A program made the translations under genes and the position numbers. The notes beneath the pieces were generated by a model. That model searched no databases. It was not told where the DNA came from and saw only the letters and a program-made list of their open reading frames with translations. A stretch of 64,000 nucleotides of DNA from Antedon mediterranea (taxonomy: Eukaryota > Animalia > Echinodermata). The DNA lies in NCBI RefSeq assembly GCF_964355755.1, contig NC_092678.1, positions 3,240,422-3,304,421 on the forward strand. Reading direction: 5' to 3'. Shown here piece by piece: positions 25,801 to 37,800 of this stretch (its first letter is position 1; each line of letters starts with the position of its first letter).

Positions 25801-28800
25801 AATATTTTCTAATATATTGATTATTACTATTTTATGTGTTGTTACAACTGATCGATAATTGATAATCAATTAGTCGTTAAAAATGATTGATCATAATTGT
25901 TTGAAATGTATGTATTGTTAGAGATGACACTTTTAGAAAGGTAAGAAATTGGTCTGGTATGCAAGAAGAAACAAGACCTGTATAAGCAGTTAGCTTGCTC
26001 TTTGGATGGGATGTTAAGCTCTTGGTTGTGCATACGCAATAATGTTGATGTATAAAAATGATGACATTTTTATCAAAGTGGTTGATAGACTATTAGTAAT
26101 AGGGACTTTTAAATTTTTACATTGAATATGTCGACTGCTACCCTATAACGTCATTTTTATTATATGACACGTTGCCTGGCAAACTTATTCAGTGGCATTT
26201 GACGTGAACTCAAATTTAAAAGTAAGTCCCTACTGACTAATGACGGTGTAAAAAGAAACTTAAATCGATACAAAAATTTCTCTTTACTAAGAGCGATTTT
26301 GTTCTATTAAGGCCAATAAGGCATGATTTACAAATAGTTTCTTTCCAGGAGCTATAAGAGACTTAAACATAATGTAGACACTTTTTTGTAATGTTTTTGT
26401 TTTTGAGTTTGTGTTGTGTCCGTTGGATACTGTGCTCCGCCAACAGAGCAAACAGAATTTCTATGTTTTTTCTTAAAACAAATGATAATAAATGATACTT
26501 GACTTGACTTGATTAAGACAATTAACAACGAATGATTACCTTTTAAAGGCAAGAATTTACGTGGCGAATCTTTCTCTTTTTTCTTTGACTTCTTAGTTGA
26601 TACGGCAGTCATTGTCACGGTCGTCGTAGCTACAGTAGCTGTTGCAGGTACTGTTGTTGATTTTCCTGATGGTGATAGTTTTTTAAGTAAGCTAGAGTCT
26701 GTGGTCCATACCGATTCTGGAGATATCTTTGGTATTAAAACTGTCGGTTGATTTTTGTGGTTTCTTTCCATCGATTCAAGCTATAAAAACAAAATTAGAA
26801 ATTATCAAAGTTATAGAAGCTTCCTCATCATTCTGGTGCTTGTTTTGGTGTGCAAACTTAATCAAAACATCCTAAAGCTCTGTCTACACAATCAAACTAG
26901 TTTGACAAAAAAGTTGTGATGTGACCAAATATTGTAATGATATGCCCAAATATGGTGGTGATATGACATGTCTATATATGGGCACACAGCTTTTTTTGTC
27001 ACATAAATTTAGACGGAACATAAAGGAGTTCTAGATTTTATTGTACACTTGTTGAATTGCTTTGTTGTTTATGGCTCATCTCTCAGATCAGTCTCAAAAG
27101 AACTTCACAAAGATGGTTGTGGTGGGGTCATTAAAGGGAGCTTTAAATTTTAAGTGATGTCATTGGTTGAGTTGTGCACAATGACTTAAGATGACTAGTT
27201 AGGTCATCAGTCGATCCTTAATATTGTGGAAAAGGAAGAACACCAAGCTATCAATCTGGAGTATGGGGGTTACATAATCCCCATGCTACGTTCTTGCTTG
27301 GTAAATCCTTCAGACATCAACAAACAACAAATAGATAAGACCACATGGCAGAAGAATAAATCTATAAATAAATTGTACTGTATCATGTAGATGAAAGACT
27401 ACTATGACTGTACTGTAATTGCTATCAAAACAAGCAATACCAGATCCCTAATGATCATCAATTTCCCTAACAACAAATCTTAATTAGTTTCATCCTAATC
27501 AACAGATTGTGTTCAATGAAGCGCAAATTATCAGAGGAAAACTATCTTTGTGCTAGGCCTACTACATTACATTATATTCACTGGATAGCTATTGGGTTTC
27601 GTTACTAACTATTCATTCAAATTCAATGACTTATAAAAATTGAATTCATTCTTATCACAGGGGAATGAGCTGTTTTTAGTTCATTGCACTATGCATTGGC
27701 ATTATGAGGTACAGTAGGGTGGCTAGTTCCTTTCTAAACCCTACACTACCTTATCCTTTTAGTATTTGCTTTTACAGCTAAGTGGACTGGGAGTCATTTT
27801 TATAGCGAATTAAACTTCTGTACGATAGTCAAGAAAGAAACTCTTTTCCTATGAAGTACAGTAGCTTCGTAGATGTTTTGTAGGCTACGTTATTGGCTTC
27901 ATAGGTTACATTGTTTGGCTTCATAACCTCAATAAACAACTTTCAATGAGCTACGTTCTGAACTTCGTAGGGAGTTCGTAACCTTAATAAACAACCCTAC
28001 GATGTTCTTAGTGAAGTAACAAGGTGTGAAAATTAATGTGTTAATTTTGACGTGTAGAGTGTACTGTTAACCACTGCCACAACTCCATGGAAAATATTGT
28101 ATCAAAAAACTATTATTTGACCTCTAACCTTCATAACTTTCGGTGGTTTGTCGCCGACCAAAAGTGAACATGCCTGCTCACTCACCCGCGAAGACTTGGT
28201 ATCTTTCATTGGACGACTCACGGGTGACGTAATCATCTCAGAATTCGGTTCTGGTGGTAAAGGCACAGCCATTTGCAGTTCTATGTGTTTATCTACTGGT
28301 ATAGACTTTTCAGTTTGTGGTGATGGTGAAATGGACGAACCACGAGTGGCGACAGGTGGCGGTTGCGGTGGTGGCCTTCGTGGTGATTCTCGCTGTGGAG
28401 GGTGTTTTGACAGCGGTACTGGTTGCGAAGGTACTGCTTTGAAGACTTTCATCTTCCCTGGAGGCCTATTCGGTGCTTTTCCATTATGACGGGCATCTTA
28501 AAGAAAAAACAAATTAAATAAATAATTATTAAGTTTTTATCATGATATCATCATAAATTAAATAATTATAACAATAATGGTAAAATTGTATTTCAAGCAA
28601 TCACAATTCGGTTAATATTAAATTTAATTCATTAACAAATTTAATTTATTTAGTTCCATTTAAGTGAAAAATACTGGTATCAAATTACAGACAGGGCACA
28701 ATTTTTAATAAGATAAGATAAGATAAATCTTTATTGTCATGAACACAACAAGGCGAACATGAAATTGGTTTTCCTTGATGCTTAAAAAACACATAAAATA

Positions 28801-31800
28801 CATTAAAATTACATTACATTAAAAATATCAATACAATACATTAAAACTATATACAGTAGTAAACAAGAAACAAACTATCTTTGGAATGTTGTGTTGGAAA
28901 CATGAATAGAGTTGTGGACAAATGATTTCCTACATCGAGTGGTATTGCACATTAAAGGACAAATTCTACCTGATTTATTAACAACATATTTATCATTCAA
29001 TGGGTGTGAGTTATCTTCCATTATTTTCTTAACTTGGCTAATAACATCGCGCCTGTAAACTGCGTCGATAACATTGAAATTCCTTCCTATTATTTTACTA
29101 GCAGTTTTCATAGTACGGTCAAGTTTCTTTTTATCATTAGCACTCAGACTATTGTACCAAACAACACAGTTGAAAGTTACAACACTAAGAATAACACTCT
29201 GGTGAAACATAAAAAGTACATCAAAACACAAAATATGTTCTTTTCATAAGGTTTCAGTTTCTACAGTCCTAAATAATGTAGCTAGTTTTCGGCCCGATGA
29301 ACATGAAAATATAACTCAAAACATGTACAAGATGTTATGTGCCACAAGCTATTACACTAAATAATCTAAAGAGAAGCAACTTGTCAGAGAAATTGATCTT
29401 TCAATACATGACAAATGGCAGCACTATTTTTAGAGTAACTATCTAGTAAATGGAACACAACCGCCCTACAGACATTTGTAAAAATCGGCACACACATTCA
29501 AAAAGCCCTACAGTCAAACATTTTTAACTCATTTAAAAATAGACTGCAACCTTGTAACATCAATAAAAGTACCATTAATATTTTCCATCATCTAGGAAAT
29601 ATTAATATATAGTTTCTACCGTTCCAATATATATTCTTTGTTCTTTGAATTAGGACAAATTTAACAAACTAAACATCAGAAAATAATGATATTTATTAAA
29701 AAGATTTTTTTCCCAAAGGAGTCAAAATATAATGGAATTATGAAAACCCTGAGGTGCAGTCCCGCCATTTTAATGTCCGCAACCAACAAACCCAAGAAAA
29801 TTAAGCCAATCTGATCAAGAAATATTTGTTAGAAAATAAAAACATTCATTGTTAAAATCCATATACAGAACACTAATAAGCAGATCCAAAATAATTGAAA
29901 CTAAAAATCAATTTAAAAAAAAAGAACACCCAATAATGCGTACAATACATTTGACCTTTACAACAGCGTTTTTATCGTACCATTTAGAAATAATAATCAT
30001 AAAAAACTGTATTAGAGCTGGTCTAAAGATATAAAGTTTATTATGAATCAATATACATAATTCTAATATCTTCTATTAGGTGGTATTTTACGAGTTTATT
30101 TTACTTTCGTTTATAAAAGCAATTTTCTATACAATCTAATATATTCCAAACCAATTTAATCCAAGATACAGCACAATATTGAAGGATTTATATAGCAATA
30201 AAGTGCTCACATTATAAGCTAAGTTTCATCTTCATTTTAATCTTGTTTAAAAAATTATTTTTGTCACAAAATTAGGAACAGGATGGGATTTTATCCACAA
30301 CAATTACGTTTATTTATAGAAATGATAGTTCTTAATTTTATGGCATGGATGTATACTGTTATACATCTGTAAGCCTACTAATTACTAATTCAAAACCAAG
30401 GTATTACTTTAATATCTGTTGAAATATTTAATTTCATTACATTAAAACTGACAAACTATCTTATTATACTCTCCCTGTAAGACCGTGCCAATATATTTTT
30501 TTACCACCTTCACCATCAATCTCATTAAAAATAATTTTCCAAATATATAATAATATTTTAATATTAAAATTCCTAATTACCCCTGAAATAATCCTGCTCA
30601 CCAAATGCCTTATGTAATCCATCAACTGGCTGTGTGTGTGTTGGCTCAAAACCCATCACACAAGTTGACATTCCAACGCTGTCATCCATGCCAACACTGG
30701 CTTAACGCGATCGCAGCGAAAAGCTGCATAATATTTCAATCAATATCGTTAACTCTCAACAAAATCCCAGAAAAAAACTAACAAATAGAAGATATCATAA
30801 ATGAACCAATCTTGAACACAAACAGCTCTTGTTTTTAAATGTCAAACGCTCGCTCACAATAGCATAAAATATATTATTATATGACTGTTTATTCTATACT
30901 TGTCTACTTGTGAACTATAGAGGGGGTAGTGTACTTGGTGATTTCCTGTGGAACTACAATACAATAGTTCAAACAACTGTCAATGTTTTTTGTTAATTAA
31001 GGAAGCTATTAAGCCTCCATTTTAATATCATAGATTACATTACTGTTATTGTATTTTCTACTGAATGATCTACCTACAAACAGTAAATAATGGATACCAC
31101 ACACTATAGCATGAATTGCAATATACTCGTACTATTGATTGATTGATTTTAAGATCAATGATTATTTGCTTTGTATTAATAACTAATCTTCATTCACAAA
31201 CAGGTAATCTATGTATAACATGTCATTAATATTGGCATTGTATTAATACTGGAAAATCCCACAATTACACTCATAATAATAATAATGTATTACAATTATA
31301 ACTACAATATTCTCTGGATTATTAAATAGTTTATTATTAATATTTAGTCTTATTATAATGAGAAGGGTTATTAAAAGATTTCTTATTTATTATTCTTCTA
31401 CTTTTTTTTATAATATAGTCCAAGTTGTTATGTTACTGCTTTTTATATCCTCCAATGAAAAAATAAGAGGTATTATACATTGTATTGTCTAGTTATTGTA
31501 TCAATCCTGTTATGGGCAACACCACTGGTGGCTGTTGGACTAAATAAAATGAACGCCAGTATTCTTAAACCAAACTTTAGTCAAAGTTCCAACTTTGACT
31601 GGCCAATTCGAAACTTAATAACTGTTTTTTTTTTATAAACGTTGTTTAGTCAGCGATTTAGCCTAATCGATCAAAATCCGTCTCATTTTAGTCGATGTTG
31701 TTTAGTTGAAGTTCAGTTTATGAATTAAAATGACATCATTTTAAAGTTTTAGCTCAAACTATGACTAAAACTTGGCTTAAGAATACAGGTGTTTAGCCTG

Positions 31801-34800
31801 CTGAAAAAACCCCAGTGCATTTAAATTTTAATTACTAAATGCATCCATTTGTTAAGTTGGTCCTAAAAATAAAATGACAGTGCTTCTGGTTCAATTAAAG
31901 TATTAAGTACTCACCAATATGATGCTTAAGACCTTGTGGTTTGACCACTTGACCACATTGTTCACACACCACCAGGTAGAACTGATCTTGGGATGGACAT
32001 ATCCCAAATAGTGAAATATCTGATACAGTCATTTAAGGAAAACAATGTACAAAACATCTTGAAAATGTAAAAGAGTCACGACAAAAGTATGTTTCCTCTT
32101 TCACATTTCTCCTATTTCATTTTCGTTATGAGGGAGCTTTCGAATTTGCAACGACTGACAAACAAGTTATTCAATGTCAATTGATGTTTCGTTCATCGTC
32201 GCCTTGACCTAGAGCATGGGGAGAGTGAGGAAGTATATTCTAGACTTCCCCGCATGTACACAATAAATTAACAAGACGTTGTTAGATCGTTGGTTGTCGA
32301 AAGTTCCCTAATCCTGGATGTTAGCATACCACACTGAGGATGGGAAAAAAAGGAGAAATGAAAACAAATTTTTTCAAGAAAGCATTGGTGGTTTAATGGA
32401 AGGATGTTTTTCTTGTTTGCCACAAGTCAGTTTCAAACATTAATGTTGAGACTTCTTTTAAACTCTCATAATATATGGTCTGTTTCTTAGACATGCTTGT
32501 CCTTCTAAATAATTTCAAAAGAGAACATATTAGTACTATTTATCTTTGTCAAGAAATATGGATACAGGTATTTACTAGTAAGGACTAAAAATAAACAAAA
32601 AAGTGACTAAAGAAGACTAAAGGATGATTGTTTAAACATGGATTTTTTATCAAAGTGGGATTATTAAACCAGTATTAATTTGAGCTTGTTTTGATATATT
32701 TTTTATATTTAAATGACACATTTGAAAATTAATTCAATTATAAAATCTTATAACAGATCTGCAGCGATCTAGGCTGACAGTTCATTTCCTAACTGTCAAA
32801 TTACTGGGAAAAAATTGGCGCAAATAATAATAACATTTTGTAAATATTTGTTTTCTAGATGTTGCAATGAAATACAAAATGTTTATAGAACTTGATTTGA
32901 TATAAAAAATGTGTTTAATGCAAAGCACATTCAAAATGTAATTTGATAATGAAGTTTAACAACATTCTAAATATCTGGAGTACTATGCAAAAGATCTATA
33001 GAATACACCAGCCATGGAGGACACCAGTCATATGGCAGCACTCCTTCCATAAAGTAAGGATGCCATAAATTGTCTCGAGATACTATAAATACCCGATATA
33101 CTGTGCTACACATCTAAAAATGAGAAGTCAATGAAGAACTAAAGGTCGCATTTGTAACCTTTTGTAATTATTCAATCCGAAGATAAAAAAAATATTTCTA
33201 ATGATGCAAAATAAGTAATGACCACTTGGCCAGTGAACTAAGAACAGGCTTAAAACAAAATACCCGGTTAGACATTTCGGTTGTAGGATATGAATACTAA
33301 TGAGCGGTGGTTATTAGAAAAGCCCTGAAGGTAAGTAAGATTGCATTTATTACTAATTTCATTTCTCCAATACAATGGTAGGCCTTAATTATACAGGATT
33401 TACAACCTTTTATCCAATTGAAGCAATGTATAACAACTGTATTTTAAAAGCAGTATGTTATTTTACATTTGCATAATTTGTTGTTTTACTGAGATGTTAT
33501 TTAATGCACAAATTTGGAAGACCTACTCAGCTGGACCTATGTGGATATTGTAAACATAAGTTACCGATATTGGTAAATATTTCCTGATATAGGTAGAGGA
33601 TCCCGGTATTGATAAGGAGTTGCCGGTAAAAAACTGTCAATGTTGGTAAAAAGTTGCCGATATTGGTAGAAAGTTGGCGATATTGGTAGAAAGTTGGCGA
33701 TATTGGTAGAAAGTTGCCGATATTGGTAAAAGGTTCCCGATATTGGTAGAAAGTTTGCGATATTGGTAGAAAGTTTGCGATATTGGTAGAAAGTTGCCGA
33801 TATTGGTAGAAAGTTGCCGATATTGGTAGAAAGTTGCCGATATTGGTAGAAAGTTGGCGATATTGGTAGAAAGTTGGCGATATTGGTAGAAAGTTGGCGA
33901 TATTGGTAGAAAGTTGGCGATATTGGTAGAAAGTTGGCGATATTGGTAGAAAGTTGGCGATATTGGTAGAAAGTTGGCGATATTGGTAGAAAGTTGGCGA
34001 TATTGGTAGAAAGTTGGCGATATTGGTAGAAAGTTTGCGATATTGGTAGAAAGTTTGCGATATTGGTAGAAAGTTTGCGATATTGGTAGAAAGTTTGCGA
34101 TATTTGTAGAAAGTTTGCGATATTTGTAGAAAGTTGGCGATATTGGTAGAAAGTTGGCGATATTGGTAGAAAGTTGGCAATATTGGTAAATGGTTCCTGA
34201 TTTTAGTAGAAAGTTGCCGATAATGGTAAAAGGTTCTTGATATTGGTAAAACGTTCCCGATAATGGTTAAATGTTCCTGATGTTGGTAGAAGTTACCTAA
34301 TATTGGTAAAAGGTGCTTGATATTGGTAGAAGGTTCCTGATATTGGTAGAAGATTCCTGATATTGGTAGAAGATTCTAGATATTGGTAAAAGACTCCTGA
34401 TATTAGTAAACGATTCCTGATATTGGTAAACGATTCCTGATATTGGTAAACGATTCCTGATATTGGTAAACGATTCCTGATATTGGTAAACGATTCCTGA
34501 TATTGGTAAAAGATTCCTGATATTGGTAAAAGGTTCCTGATTTTGGTAAAAGGTTCCTGATTTTGGTAAAGGTTCCTGATATTGGTAAAAGGTTCCTGAT
34601 ATTGGAAAAAGGTTCCTGATATTGGTAAAAGGTACCCGATATTGGTAAAAGGTACCTGATAATTGGTAAAGGTTACTGATATTGGTAAAAGGTTCCTGAT
34701 ACTGGTAAAAAGTACCCGATATTAGTAAAGGTTACTGATATTGGTAAAAGGTACCTGATATTGGTAAAAGGTACCTGATATTGGTAAAAGGTTACTGATA

Positions 34801-37800
34801 TAATGGTAAAGGTTCTTGATATTTGGTAAACGGTTCTTGATATTGGTAAATGGTTCCAGATTTTAGTAGAAAGTTGCCGATAATGGTAAAAGGTTCTTGA
34901 TATTGGTAAAACGTTCCCGATAATGGTTAAATGTTCCTGATGTTGGTAGAAGTTACCTAATATTGGTAAAAGGTGCTTGATATTGGTAGAAGGTTCCTGA
35001 TATTGGTAGAAGATTACTGATATTGGTAGAAGATTCCTGATATTGGTAGAAGATTCCTGATATTGGTAGAAGATTCTAGATATTGGTAAAAGATTCTAGA
35101 TATTGGTAAAAGATTCCTGATATTGGTAAACGATTCCTGATATTGGTAAACGATTCCTGATATTGGTAAAAGGTTCCTGTTTTTGGTAAAAGGTTCCTGA
35201 TATTGGTAAAAGGTTCCTGATATTGGAAAAAGGTTCCTGATATTGGAAAAAGGTTCCTGATATTGGTAAAAGGTACCCGATATTGGTAAAAGGTACCCGA
35301 TAATTGGTAAAGGTTACTGATATTGGTAAAAGGTTCCTGATATTGGTAAAAGGTACCCGATATTAGTAAAGGTTACTGATATTGGTAAAAGGTACCTGAT
35401 ATTGGTAAAAGGTACCCGATATTGGTAAAAGGTTACTGATATAATGGTAAAGGTTCTTGATATTTGGTAAACGGTTCTTGATATTGGTAAAAGGTACCTG
35501 ATATTGGTAAAAGGTACCTGATATTGGTAAAAGGTTCTTGATATTGGTAAAGGTACCTGATATTGGTAAAAGGTTCCTGATATTGGTAAAAGGTTACTGA
35601 TATAATGGTAAAGGTTCTTGATATTTGGTAAACGGTTCTTGATATTGGTAAAAGGTTCCTGATATTGGTAAAAGGTACCCGATATTAGTAAAGGTTCCTG
35701 ATATTGGTAAAAGGTACCTGATATTGGTAAAAGGTACCTGATATTGGTAAAAGGTACCTGATAATTGGTAAAGGTTACCGATATTGGTAAAAGGTTCCGG
35801 ATATTGGTAAAAGGTACCCGATATTAGCAAAGGTTACTGATATTGGTAAAAGGTTCCTGATATTGGTAAAAGGTTCCTGATATTGGTAAAAGGTACCTGA
35901 TATTGGTAAAAGGTTACTGATATAATGGTAAAGGTTCTTGATATTTGGTAAACAATTCTTGATATTGGTAAAAGGTTCCTGATATTGGTAAAAGGTACCC
36001 GATATTAGTAAAGGTTCCTGATATTGGTAAAAGGTACCTGATATTGGTAAAAGGTTACTGATATAATGGTAAAGGTTCTTGATATTTGGTAAACAATTCT
36101 TGATATTGGTAAAAGGTTCCTGATATTGGTAAAAGGTACCCGATATTAGTAAAGGTTCCTGATATTGGTAAAAGGCACCTGATATTGGTAAAAGGTTACC
36201 GATATAATGGTAAAGGTTCTTGATATTTGGTAAACGGTTCTTGATATTGGTAAAAGGTTATTGGTACCGGTAAAAGATTCCTGATATTGATAATGAGATC
36301 TAACTTTCCTAAGTTTTGAAAATATTTTCGTACAACCAATAATGTGTTTTTTTTAATGTAACTATTTATTTTGATATATTGCCAAGAGGCAATTTAATCA
36401 ATGTCGAAACAGGTGGCAATTCCTTCAAAAAAATATACAGTACATGTTGTACATAAACAAGCTGTTGCATGTAGAGAGATTTTGTAAGAATAACTTTAGG
36501 CATCAGATAGGATTTGAACACAAGAACCACTAAGCTACATTTTGAGGCACTTCCACAATTACCTTATCAACTTCAGAATAAAGGCCATTGTTCTAATCTG
36601 ATAATAATTCCAAAAGTAAAAACGGAACGATAAAAAAATTTCATTATAAACTTTGGTCTCTTTCACAAGTGGTAGGCATAAATATCCCTACACAGTCGTA
36701 TCTTCCCCTGACTTCTGTTTTGTCTGTTCTTCGATGTTTTGATTGTGTAATTTGATTTTTATTGTTGATGGATATGATATATTTTCATTTAAGTATAAGT
36801 ATATATTTTTTGTATAATTCAACCCAAAAGTTGCAATAAAAGTATTTTATCAGTTATCAGTTATCGGTATAATTCTGTACTGTATAAAAATGTGTACAAA
36901 AATAAATTTTATGGAATGTTCAGCCTATGAAGTAATTGGCAATGGTGATGCATGTCTATGTCCTTAAAAAACCCACAACAATACGCAAAGAAATTATACA
37001 AAATAGAACTGAATGAGACGCTGGTTTCAGAGCTTCTAAGTAGCGACTTAGAAGGAACAACAAGTCGAAAACAAGGAAGAAATGTGGAAGAAGTAGACCT
37101 AATCGAGCAAATGCGTCAGAGCGCAATGTGATTAAATCAGAGATGTAATAAGGGGAAAGACAATTTAAAAGGAAAGACAATTTAAAAGGAGAAACAAGCA
37201 ATGCTATGTGAGCAAGAAGGGTTCACCGGAAGAAAACAGAAGAAAAATTTGGCAAGCTATCATACTATACTATGGCAAGCTATCATACTATACTATGGCA
37301 AGCTATCATGTAATACTATGGCAAGCTAGCATCTATTTAATCAATTACATGAATCTATTTGTGTCGCTGATTCAACCTGTAGATCGGTTAAATCAGCAAA
37401 TTACTAACAAATCTTCAACATTGTAAAAATATTGAATGAAACTATTTGTTGGTGTTTAATGTTGTATATTATTACTATAATCTAAGTATCCTAATGAAAG
37501 ATTAAGTGTAGTGCCAATACCTTGTCTATGGGGAAACCCCAAAGATTAAACTACAATTATTCATTTCCTCTAACAAAGATTGTTATCAGTGTAATGTACT
37601 TTTTGTTATTACTGCAGGCCTCTTACATCTTCTTCACACATGTTGTCAAATATGAATGAAGTATGTACTATTTTCAATTACAAATACTAATTGGCATTTG
37701 ACAAAGGGCTTATTAAAGATGACCTCTCTCTTTGTCCCTAGTATTCTTTATATCAGTCTTAACCTAAATCCTAGTGTAGTAAAATTTAGCATAATTTTCA

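Noticed and set aside
32445-32505. Minus-strand peptide IMRVLKE resembling ATXN7 exon 2
   Set aside because: There is no usable donor in the required phase. The true exon is 39692-39600, which has a U12 donor.
33527-35830. Repeat-peptide ORFs of 217 aa and 78 aa
   Set aside because: They are by-products of the 20-bp minisatellite.
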